DNA from: Bacteroidales bacterium
GTDB taxonomy: Bacteria > Bacteroidota > Bacteroidia > Bacteroidales > B18-G4
NCBI GenBank assembly: GCA_021107535.1
Contig: JAIOSQ010000016.1
Coordinates: 1-52,247 of the forward strand
DNA length: 52,247 nucleotides
Direction of reading: 5' to 3'
Within the stretch, counting starts at the first letter, position 1. Each line of letters starts with the position of its first letter. Below, piece by piece: positions 28,399 through 36,706 of the stretch. A program made the translations under genes and the position numbers. The notes beneath the pieces are model-generated. The model was not told the DNA's origin and did no database searches. It saw only the letters and a list, made by a program, of their open reading frames with translations.

Positions 28399-29400
28399 AT
28401 GCTTACAGAAAAAGAAATAATCTGCCTATTTTTAAAAAAATTACCAAAGAATGAGCATCATTGTAATAAGTTTTTTGAATCGGATGCTGAAATAATAATT
28501 TATAATGGGAAAAAACTTCTTTTTACAACTGATGAATTTTCTCAAGAAGACCTGTTCAGGGATCACGATCCTTATGTTCTGGGATGGAATGTGGTTGTTT
28601 GCACTATAAGCGATATTCTGGCCAGTGGAGGTCAACCGAAGTTTTATGCGCAGACCGTTCAGATAGCAAAGCATTGGAATAAAAATTATATTGAAGAGTT
28701 TGCCCGGGGGATAAGTGAAGCAATGATTAAATCCCATGTTACATTTATTGGTGGAGATCTTGGGTCGGGAACCAACTGGCACTATACTGGTATTTGCATT
28801 GGCGAGGCAAAGAATGCTATTACCAGAAAGGGGGCCAGTCCCGGTGATACAATATTTATTACCGGTAAAGTAGGTGCCGGAAACCTGGAGGCAGCCTTAT
28901 CCCTTTATTCCGAAAATAAAAGTATCACCGAACTTTCAACAGGTCTTAGTGGCACTTTTAAGTTGAGGTTGAACGAATCTGCCCTTATCAAAGATTTTGC
29001 CTCAAGCTGTATTGATACCAGCGACGGTGTACTCAGCGGTATAAATACATTGGCTGATATCAATAAAGTCGGTTACCGGATGACCAATATTCCCTACATT
29101 TATGAAGGGAAATTGGTATGCACACTATTATCTAAGCCCACAACACTATTATTTATGGGCGAATGTGGAGAATATGAATTGCTTTTTACGGTTCCTGAAG
29201 AGAAAAAAAATATTTTTCTAAATCTTGTTGATAAGTACAATTACCCCATTCATGAAATTGGCCTGATCACCAAAGCTAAGGAAAGGACCTTAGAGGAAGA
29301 TCGCAAGCTTATTCATTTTCAAGATTTTAATATTTCTGCCAGAAGCTTTGAAAATGTTAAAGACTATTTAAATGAACTGTTTAAATATGTATCCTCATGA
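28399..29400 (+). CDS. AIR synthase-related (PurM/ThiL superfamily) ATP-dependent enzyme
   Basis: ThiL/PurM N-domain pattern SDAEIIIY..KLLFTTDEFSQEDLF..DPYVLGW..VVCTISDILASGGQP, then a GGDLG block and a C-terminal PurM-C-like domain. Confidence 0.8.
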   Translation: MLTEKEIICLFLKKLPKNEHHCNKFFESDAEIIIYNGKKLLFTTDEFSQEDLFRDHDPYVLGWNVVVCTISDILASGGQPKFYAQTVQIAKHWNKNYIEEFARGISEAMIKSHVTFIGGDLGSGTNWHYTGICIGEAKNAITRKGASPGDTIFITGKVGAGNLEAALSLYSENKSITELSTGLSGTFKLRLNESALIKDFASSCIDTSDGVLSGINTLADINKVGYRMTNIPYIYEGKLVCTLLSKPTTLLFMGECGEYELLFTVPEEKKNIFLNLVDKYNYPIHEIGLITKAKERTLEEDRKLIHFQDFNISARSFENVKDYLNELFKYVSS

Positions 29401-30689
29401 AAACATCAATCCAAAAACGAGTAGTTGTAACAGGTATTGGCCCGGTAACTCCCATTGGTATTGGGAAAGATGATTTCTGGAATAACCTTTTTAACAAACA
29501 GAAAATTGTTCAAAAAATTCCTGAAAGCTTTACAAAGAATCACCATTTTCATTCAAGATTTTATATCCCCTACCCGAAGTTTTTTCTTGAAGATTATGGC
29601 TTCTCAAATAAGTATAATTCAGTTATGGAAGAGACCTCAAAATTATCAGTAATAGGCACAAAGCTGGCACTTGAGGATGCAGGTTTTCACATGACTGGGA
29701 ATTTGCCGGATGAGCCATGGCTTATAGAGAATTCTGCCATAATCCTTGGGATAGGCATATGCAGTTTGAAGGCAGCTTTCCAGGCCTATGTTGCTCATAG
29801 TTTTGGCACTGATACAGATTTTCTTGAGAAAAATGGAATAAATGCGAGGTATAACAGAATGGTTATTCCCACCATCATGCCTAATTCTGCCAGTAGCTGG
29901 ATTTCGGTTTTATTTAACATTCACGGTGCGGCATACACGATAAATGCTTCCTGTGCATCCGGCACTTATTCCGTAGTTGAAGCATTTCGTAAAATCAGGG
30001 ACGGATACCATGACCTTGTGATATGTGGTGGTGTAGAATGTTTGCAGGATGACAGCGGAACAATCATGCGAGGTTTTGATTCTTTAGGTGCATTGACAAA
30101 GTCTGAGAACGGCTTGCCCAAGCCTTTTTCCAAAGACAGAAGTGGCTTTTTGTTCTCTGAAGGAGGAGCTTGCATACTTATCCTCGAAGAATATGAATCA
30201 GCAATTAAGCGTGGCGCTGAAATTTATGCAGAAATTGATGCCTGTGAATTTAACAGTGATGCTTATAATATCGTTCAGATTGATCCGTCGGGAAGTAGGA
30301 TAAAAAGCATATTTAGCAAATTATCCGAAGGCAAATCCATCGATTACATTAACGCTCATGGGACAGCTACTTTTCATAATGATCAGGTTGAGAGAGAGGT
30401 AATTAAAGAGGTTTTTGGCGACAAAACCACTCAACCACTGATCAATTCAACAAAAAGTATTCTTGGTCATTCTATTGGTTCAAGCGGTGCCATTGAGGTT
30501 GGGGTTACAGCACTTTCGGTTAAAAACTCAAGCATTCATGCCAATATATCTGAAAACACATTTGAAGACCTTAACCTCGCCACTGAGAACACAGTTGGCA
30601 AAATCAGCTATGCTATTACTACATCATATGGATTTGGAGGTCATAATGTCGGTATACTTCTTAAACAACATCAGGATAAAAGAACATGA
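29397..30689 (+). CDS. Beta-ketoacyl-ACP synthase (KAS I/II type, Cys-His-His)
   Basis: VVVTGIGPVTPIG, active-site INASCASG, INAHGTAT, SILGHSIGSSG. ATGA overlap with the upstream gene. Confidence 0.88.
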   Translation: MKTSIQKRVVVTGIGPVTPIGIGKDDFWNNLFNKQKIVQKIPESFTKNHHFHSRFYIPYPKFFLEDYGFSNKYNSVMEETSKLSVIGTKLALEDAGFHMTGNLPDEPWLIENSAIILGIGICSLKAAFQAYVAHSFGTDTDFLEKNGINARYNRMVIPTIMPNSASSWISVLFNIHGAAYTINASCASGTYSVVEAFRKIRDGYHDLVICGGVECLQDDSGTIMRGFDSLGALTKSENGLPKPFSKDRSGFLFSEGGACILILEEYESAIKRGAEIYAEIDACEFNSDAYNIVQIDPSGSRIKSIFSKLSEGKSIDYINAHGTATFHNDQVEREVIKEVFGDKTTQPLINSTKSILGHSIGSSGAIEVGVTALSVKNSSIHANISENTFEDLNLATENTVGKISYAITTSYGFGGHNVGILLKQHQDKRT

Positions 30690-31732
30690 AGGGAAATGAT
30701 AAACATAGGGTATTTATTACCGGAGCAAATGGCCTGATTGGTAGTCATATTACTGAATACTTCAGTGATATGAAAATAAGCCTCGTTTGTGGGGTAAGAA
30801 AGTCAGCTGACATTTCACATATCAGCAATTTACCTGTTGAGTTCAGGTATATTGATATCAGGCATCTCGATTCGCTTATAACCAGCTTCAACGACTGCGA
30901 TTTTGTCATACATACAGCCGGGCTCACAAACGACTGGAGCAAATACAGGGATACATATGAAACAAATGTTGTCGGCACCTTAAATGTGCTGCGAGCATGT
31001 AAAATCAATGGTATTAAAAATGTAATTATTACAGGGTCTATTGCAAGCTATGGAGAAGAAAATTCAATTATTATCAAAGACGAAAACTCTCCTTTTAAGC
31101 CACGTCAACATTATTTTCTTGAAAAACTTATCCCCTCCCGGATGAACTTTTACAGGATTTCGAAGGCAGAGTGTACCAGACAAGCAACAGATTTTGGCAG
31201 TAAGAATAATCTTAACATAACAATTATTGAGCCTGTGTGGGTTTATGGGGAATATGAATTTTCGTCCGGCTTTTATGAATACTTAAAAATTATCAAGTCG
31301 GGTATCTCCTTTTTTCCCGGCAGTAAGAAAAATAAATTCCATGTCATATATGCCAGGGACCTGGCAAAAGCATATTACCTGGCCTACGATAAAAATCTTT
31401 CAGGAATTAATAGATTCATTATCGGCAATAATAATATAGATTCGATGGAGTACATCTATTCATTATTCTGCAAGCAAATTAACAGTAAAAAACCCCGAAA
31501 TATTCCACGCCTGCTTGCAAATCCTGTCGGTATAGCTCTTGAGTTCTTTGCCGAGATATTCAATTTAAAAAATCCTCCGGCTTTAACCAGGGCTCGCGTA
31601 GATATGATGTATGACAACATTGAATACAGTATAAAAAAAGCTGAACACATATTAGGATTTAAAAATGAATTTACCCTGGAAGAGGGTGTTCACCGGACAG
31701 TAAGCTGGTATATTAAAAACAAATATCTCTAA
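30686..31732 (+). CDS. NAD(P)-dependent epimerase/dehydratase-family SDR (probable ketoreductase)
   Basis: VFITGANGLIGSH Rossmann motif and YRISK catalytic Y-x3-K. ATGA overlap with the KS gene. Confidence 0.85.
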   Translation: MKGNDKHRVFITGANGLIGSHITEYFSDMKISLVCGVRKSADISHISNLPVEFRYIDIRHLDSLITSFNDCDFVIHTAGLTNDWSKYRDTYETNVVGTLNVLRACKINGIKNVIITGSIASYGEENSIIIKDENSPFKPRQHYFLEKLIPSRMNFYRISKAECTRQATDFGSKNNLNITIIEPVWVYGEYEFSSGFYEYLKIIKSGISFFPGSKKNKFHVIYARDLAKAYYLAYDKNLSGINRFIIGNNNIDSMEYIYSLFCKQINSKKPRNIPRLLANPVGIALEFFAEIFNLKNPPALTRARVDMMYDNIEYSIKKAEHILGFKNEFTLEEGVHRTVSWYIKNKYL

Positions 31733-33034
31733 ATGATGAAAATGCTAAGAGTTAAGAAGATAATTGGACAGAAAAAGAAATGGGTCGATCTACGGATCAT
31801 AATCATCACATTTCTGTTCTTTTTGTCACAAATTATAAGGGGAAATATCAGGCTTAAATATTTTTTAAGGGTATTAAAAAGACTATTATTTTTCTTGTCA
31901 ATGATGAAACACAATAAATACATTAGAATTGGGAGAAAGATAAAAATCAACTTGTATGTGCCTGCATTTCCAAGCAGGGCATTTTTCACTGCCTGCTATA
32001 AAGTTGCAGAATTTGAAAACAAAATGCCAAGTGTCACGGCATTGGTGTCCATTACATCCGCCTGTCGATTTAATTGTAAGCATTGTTATCAGAAGTTTGA
32101 TAAGGGTAAAGATATTGAGCTCAATTTATTGACAGACACTATCAATAAGTTACAGGATATGGGTATTGCTTTCTTTAATATTGAAGGAGGTGAGCCTTTC
32201 ATTGTTTTCGATCGATTGCTGGAAGTATGCAAAACTATCGACAACAGGTCTGAAATATTAATTAATTCCACAGGTGATGGTATGACATATGAAAAGCTGG
32301 CGGAATTGAAAAAACTTAAAAATTTATACGGGATCATGTTTTCCCTGCATACAAGTCATGCTGAAGGTTTGAATGAGTTCATGGGAAGCGATCATGCTTT
32401 TAATACCTTGGAAAACGGAATCGGCCTTTGCCACGAAGCAGGGATCCCTGTCACTTTCAATTCCTGCATTATGAAAGAAGAGTTTTATGATGGCACCTTT
32501 GAAAAAGTGATGGACCGGGCTAAAAAATTCAATGGTGCCATACTTCAATTGATCAAGCCAAAACCAGCCGGAGGCTGGCTGGAATCAGGTACAGATAATT
32601 TCTCTGAAGAAGACATAAAGGTGGTATATGAGAAAACAAGAAAATATAACCAGGACAAGGATTTTATGGATTATCCCTTCATCGTACCAATGGCTATTGA
32701 GGAAAGCAAGGAGTTGTTTGGTTGTACTGCCGGAGGTACTGACCGCTTCTATTTAAATGCCAAAGGTGATGTTCAGCCCTGCGAATTTCTGAATATATCA
32801 TTTGGGAACATTAATAATGAGCCTTTTGAAATGATATATGATAAAATGAGGCAACACTTTGAGGTTCCGGGCGATTGTTTGTTATGTGAAGAATACTCAA
32901 AAAATATCTATGATATATTTAAACAACATAAACTTGATTCGTTGCCATTGCCGCCTGATCTCTCGGCCAAAGTGTATGGGCAATGGAACAGAGGTGAGCC
33001 TTCTGACTTTTATAGAAAAATTGAAAAAATCTAA
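31733..33034 (+). CDS. Radical SAM enzyme with N-terminal hydrophobic segment and C-terminal auxiliary Cys-rich (SPASM/twitch-like) region
   Basis: CRFNCKHC (Cx3Cx2C), FNIEGGEPF, and C-terminal FGCTAGGTDRFYLNAKGDVQPCEF plus GDCLLCEE. The ATG abuts the upstream TAA. An alternative internal start (MMKHNKY) is possible. Confidence 0.85.
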   Translation: MMKMLRVKKIIGQKKKWVDLRIIIITFLFFLSQIIRGNIRLKYFLRVLKRLLFFLSMMKHNKYIRIGRKIKINLYVPAFPSRAFFTACYKVAEFENKMPSVTALVSITSACRFNCKHCYQKFDKGKDIELNLLTDTINKLQDMGIAFFNIEGGEPFIVFDRLLEVCKTIDNRSEILINSTGDGMTYEKLAELKKLKNLYGIMFSLHTSHAEGLNEFMGSDHAFNTLENGIGLCHEAGIPVTFNSCIMKEEFYDGTFEKVMDRAKKFNGAILQLIKPKPAGGWLESGTDNFSEEDIKVVYEKTRKYNQDKDFMDYPFIVPMAIEESKELFGCTAGGTDRFYLNAKGDVQPCEFLNISFGNINNEPFEMIYDKMRQHFEVPGDCLLCEEYSKNIYDIFKQHKLDSLPLPPDLSAKVYGQWNRGEPSDFYRKIEKI

Positions 33035-33039
33035 GATCA

Positions 33040-34074
33040 ATGAACTATTCTAGGATATATCAAAATAGCATTTATAGATTTCTTAAAGTCTATATAAAAT
33101 CCATGCGGCTGTATTATTCCTTCGTAACAGGTATTGCCGGATGGATTGGTGTAGCATTTTACCAATACATTGCTACCTCTGAAGGACCAAGAGGTACTTC
33201 GAATATGATAAAAACTATAGAAACCCCCACACAACTTGATAAAAAACTTCTAATACTGTTTATCCTATTCCTTGCCTGGGGAATAAATCAGATAATTAAT
33301 GATTTCCTTGGATACAAAGAAGACAAGATCAATGCACCCATGCGGCCGATGGTAAGTGGTGAACTTTCAAGGTATAAGGCTCTCATCCTTTCAATGTTCC
33401 TTATGCTTCTTATCCTTCTCGTAACCTGGTTTTACCTTGAGCCCATTGCAGTTATCCCCCTGGTGATTGGGGCCTCATTAAATGTTATTTATGAATATGC
33501 CAAAGGCTACGGCATCTGGGGAAATATATCTTTCGGTGTAATGATCAGTATGTGTGGATTATTTGGATTTTTTGCTTCAGGACCTATGGAAATATATTTC
33601 ACCCGAAGCAGGGTTAGTGCCCTCATATTCATTGCTGTTATTAACGGGTTGATGACTTATTATACCTATTTCAAAGATTATATGGGTGATAAGTTAACTG
33701 GCAAGAAAACTATTGTGGTAAAATTTGGGCTTGAAAAAAACAAAATTATTGCCATTATCGCGTCCTTTCTCCCCTCTATTTTTTTTCTAACTGGTTATTT
33801 CGGTTTCGGAGCTTTCCAGATAGAGCTAAACAACATCTTTATTATCCTTGGTTTTATGACCATCTTCCTACAGGTATGGACAGGAGTGTTGTATTACAGG
33901 AATCCCAGAGGAGAAATGACATATTATTCCCTCGTGACAAATTTCAGGGCATGCACCTGTGGTCAGGCAACGATTATAGCGCTATTCAATCCCACACTTG
34001 GGCTAATACTTTTTTTAATGTCTTATGTATTTGTTGGTTTCCTTTTTAACCTTCATACAAACATAAAAGCTTAA
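33040..34074 (+). CDS. UbiA-family prenyltransferase (integral membrane)
   Basis: About 8-9 TM helices. The first motif is NQIINDFLGYKEDKINAPMRPMVSG and the second is YFKDYMGDKLTGKKT. Confidence 0.85.
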   Translation: MNYSRIYQNSIYRFLKVYIKSMRLYYSFVTGIAGWIGVAFYQYIATSEGPRGTSNMIKTIETPTQLDKKLLILFILFLAWGINQIINDFLGYKEDKINAPMRPMVSGELSRYKALILSMFLMLLILLVTWFYLEPIAVIPLVIGASLNVIYEYAKGYGIWGNISFGVMISMCGLFGFFASGPMEIYFTRSRVSALIFIAVINGLMTYYTYFKDYMGDKLTGKKTIVVKFGLEKNKIIAIIASFLPSIFFLTGYFGFGAFQIELNNIFIILGFMTIFLQVWTGVLYYRNPRGEMTYYSLVTNFRACTCGQATIIALFNPTLGLILFLMSYVFVGFLFNLHTNIKA

Positions 34075-34084
34075 TTCCTGGAGT

Positions 34085-35290
34085 ATGGAAATTTTTGCGA
34101 AAGCAAGCATTGGCAATTGCATCTTAAAAAACAGGATCATTCGTTCTGGTACCTATGAAGGGATGTGTGATGATAAAGGATTCCCAGGCGCTCAATATTA
34201 TTCACTATATGAAACACTTGCAAAAAATGATATTGGCGGAATCATTACCGGTTTCGCATACATATCTGAAGAGGGGAAGGCAATGCAATCAGGACAGGCA
34301 GGAATTGATGAAAAGGCAAAGATTCAATACTATAAGAAGTTGACAGACATTGTTCACCATTATAATTCAAAAATCTTCCTACAGATTGCACATACGGGAA
34401 GACAAACTATTCAATCTGTCACCCAAAATACGGTTGTCGGATGCTCAAAGAAAAAGTCAATATATTTCAGGGAAACCCCGAAAATATTATCTACTTCTGA
34501 GATTTACACTCTTATCGAAAAATTCGGAAGATCTGCACTTTACGCAAAAGAAAGTGGTTTTGATGGTGTGCAACTGCAGGCCGCCCATGGGTACCTGATC
34601 CATCAATTCCTAATGCCATCAGTAAACAATCGGAATGATGAGTTTGGTATTGATCCTGAATATGGTATCGGATGCAGATTTCTCGGGCTCATTATTGATA
34701 ATATCAGAGAAAAATGCGGTATTGAGTTTCCCCTGCTGGTTAAAATCAGCGGAAGCGATGATTATAGGGTGAAATTCACAGAAAAGAACTTTAAAGACCT
34801 AATTGCATATCTTGATAAAAAAAGAGTAGATGCCATTGAGATCAGCTATGGATCAATGGATTACGCATTAAATATTTTTAGAGGGGATTTCCCAACTGAG
34901 TTGATATTGGCAAAAAATCCGTTTTTTAAAACACATAATCCATTGAGAAGAATTTTTCTCCGGAACATCTTGTTCCCATATATCCGGTCAAAACTATATG
35001 CTTTTTCACCCATATATAATCTAAAATATGCGATTATGGCTAAGCAGCATTCCGGGATACCGATTATATCAGTTGGGGGCTATAGAAACCTGGAAGAAAT
35101 TGAATTTGCAATAATGAAGAATCATATAGATTTTGTTGGCATTTGCAGACCATTTATTGCCGAACCGGATTATATAAAGAAGATCAGCAAAAATAAATCG
35201 CACCAATCATCATGCATTAACTGTAATTATTGCGCGATAATGTGCGATACTAAACACTATACTAAATGCTATAAAACTACAACATCATGA
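34085..35290 (+). CDS. Old-yellow-enzyme family NADH:flavin oxidoreductase with C-terminal Cys cluster
   Basis: LKNRIIRS, FLQIAHTGRQ, GFDGVQLQAAHGYLIHQFL, GICRPFIAEPD and C-terminal CINCNYCAIMC. Confidence 0.85.
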   Translation: MEIFAKASIGNCILKNRIIRSGTYEGMCDDKGFPGAQYYSLYETLAKNDIGGIITGFAYISEEGKAMQSGQAGIDEKAKIQYYKKLTDIVHHYNSKIFLQIAHTGRQTIQSVTQNTVVGCSKKKSIYFRETPKILSTSEIYTLIEKFGRSALYAKESGFDGVQLQAAHGYLIHQFLMPSVNNRNDEFGIDPEYGIGCRFLGLIIDNIREKCGIEFPLLVKISGSDDYRVKFTEKNFKDLIAYLDKKRVDAIEISYGSMDYALNIFRGDFPTELILAKNPFFKTHNPLRRIFLRNILFPYIRSKLYAFSPIYNLKYAIMAKQHSGIPIISVGGYRNLEEIEFAIMKNHIDFVGICRPFIAEPDYIKKISKNKSHQSSCINCNYCAIMCDTKHYTKCYKTTTS

Positions 35291-35529
35291 AAACAATTGA
35301 AGAAGCAGTAATCACTGCCCTGAAAGAAAATACCAGTTGGGACGGTGAGATCAAGATGGAACAAACACTCAGGGATGAACTGGGAATTGATTCATTTGGT
35401 GTTCTGATGATTATTAACACACTGGAAGATGAATTCGGTATTGAAATCAGCAATGAAGATATTGAAGGACTGGGTACTGTTGCTGATATTATTAACCGGC
35501 TAAATGAAATTCTTTCAGTAAATGCCTGA
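35287..35529 (+). CDS. Acyl carrier protein
   Basis: 80 aa, acidic, phosphopantetheine attachment motif LGIDSFGVL. ATGA overlap with the upstream gene. Confidence 0.88.
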   Translation: MKTIEEAVITALKENTSWDGEIKMEQTLRDELGIDSFGVLMIINTLEDEFGIEISNEDIEGLGTVADIINRLNEILSVNA

Positions 35530-36706
35530 AGACATGAACTTACAGCAATTCTATCAACGTTTTAACGTAGATTATGAACTTGTTCGGAAGGCAGGGTTCA
35601 ATCCTTATTACCCGGTGATCGAATCAGGCCTTGATGATATAATCATCGTTGAAGGAAAGAAATTTATTGACCTCGCATCGAACAATTACCTCGGCCTAGC
35701 CAATGATATACGCCTTAAAGATGCAGGAAAACTGGCAATAGAAAAATATGGCATGTCATTATGTGCTACTCCTATTGCTTCTGGATATTCTGAGTTGTAT
35801 GATATGGTAAGACACAAACTTTCAGAATTTGTAGGTTTGGAAAACACCATTTTATATCCATCCTGCTATCAAGCCAATAATGGTTTATTCAATGTGATAG
35901 CAGGCAGGGAGGATATTGCTATTATCGATCGATGCTCCCATTCTTCATTAATAGAAGGAGTTAAAAGTGCCGGATGCAAGATATGGCCCTTCCGGCATAA
36001 TGATATGACCCACCTGGAAAAAGGACTGAAAATATCGCAGAAATATCGTCAGGCCTATGTGATCACAGAATCCGTATTCTCAACCGAAGGAACCATTGTG
36101 CCATTTAATGAAATCGTTGCATTATGTGATAAGTATGGTGCACTTCCGGTTATTGATGATTCACATGGTATTGGTGTTATTGGCAAAACAGGCAGAGGAA
36201 TCCTTGAACATGCAGATATAAAAGACTATAACGGAATTTATACTGCATCCCTGGGTAAATCACTGGCCAATTCGGGCGGCATGATCAGCGGGAAAAAAGA
36301 GATTATTGATTTTCTGAAATACTATAGTTCACACCTGGTATATTCAACTTCAATAATTCCTTCATCTCTGGCAGGAATAGATGCTATTCTTGACATTATA
36401 GATAAAGAATTTCCGGAGAGAAGCAAAAAAATGTGGCATTATACAAAGCTAATTTGTGATACTCTTATTGAATTAGATTATAAGGTATCTAACAGTTCAA
36501 CAGCCATCACATCAATAAAATCAGGCAATCCCTTAGAGACATTGCAATTGACACGAAAAATCTTTGACAGGGGAATACTGGTAACTCCGTTTATCTATCC
36601 CTCTGTACAATATAATGAAGGTAGAATAAGATTAATTGCCGGTGCTAACCTGACCCAGCCAACATTGGATAAAGCCCTGAAAGCATTCCGGAATATCAAT
36701 GACTAA
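35522..36706 (+). CDS. PLP-dependent alpha-oxoamine synthase (serine palmitoyltransferase / AONS / KBL family)
   Basis: NNYLGL, DDSHGIGVIG and PLP-lysine block ASLGKSLANSGG. 8-nt overlap with the ACP gene. Confidence 0.88.
   Translation: MPEDMNLQQFYQRFNVDYELVRKAGFNPYYPVIESGLDDIIIVEGKKFIDLASNNYLGLANDIRLKDAGKLAIEKYGMSLCATPIASGYSELYDMVRHKLSEFVGLENTILYPSCYQANNGLFNVIAGREDIAIIDRCSHSSLIEGVKSAGCKIWPFRHNDMTHLEKGLKISQKYRQAYVITESVFSTEGTIVPFNEIVALCDKYGALPVIDDSHGIGVIGKTGRGILEHADIKDYNGIYTASLGKSLANSGGMISGKKEIIDFLKYYSSHLVYSTSIIPSSLAGIDAILDIIDKEFPERSKKMWHYTKLICDTLIELDYKVSNSSTAITSIKSGNPLETLQLTRKIFDRGILVTPFIYPSVQYNEGRIRLIAGANLTQPTLDKALKAFRNIND

Noticed and set aside
35522-36706. Reading the alpha-oxoamine synthase as plain BioF (biotin synthesis)
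   Set aside because: There is no bioA, bioD or bioB nearby. The gene is overlapped on both sides by an ACP gene and a lipid kinase gene, within an operon with KS, SDR and UbiA. I cannot formally exclude BioF without a phylogeny, but the context argues for an Spt/CapB/CqsA-like acyl-condensing role.
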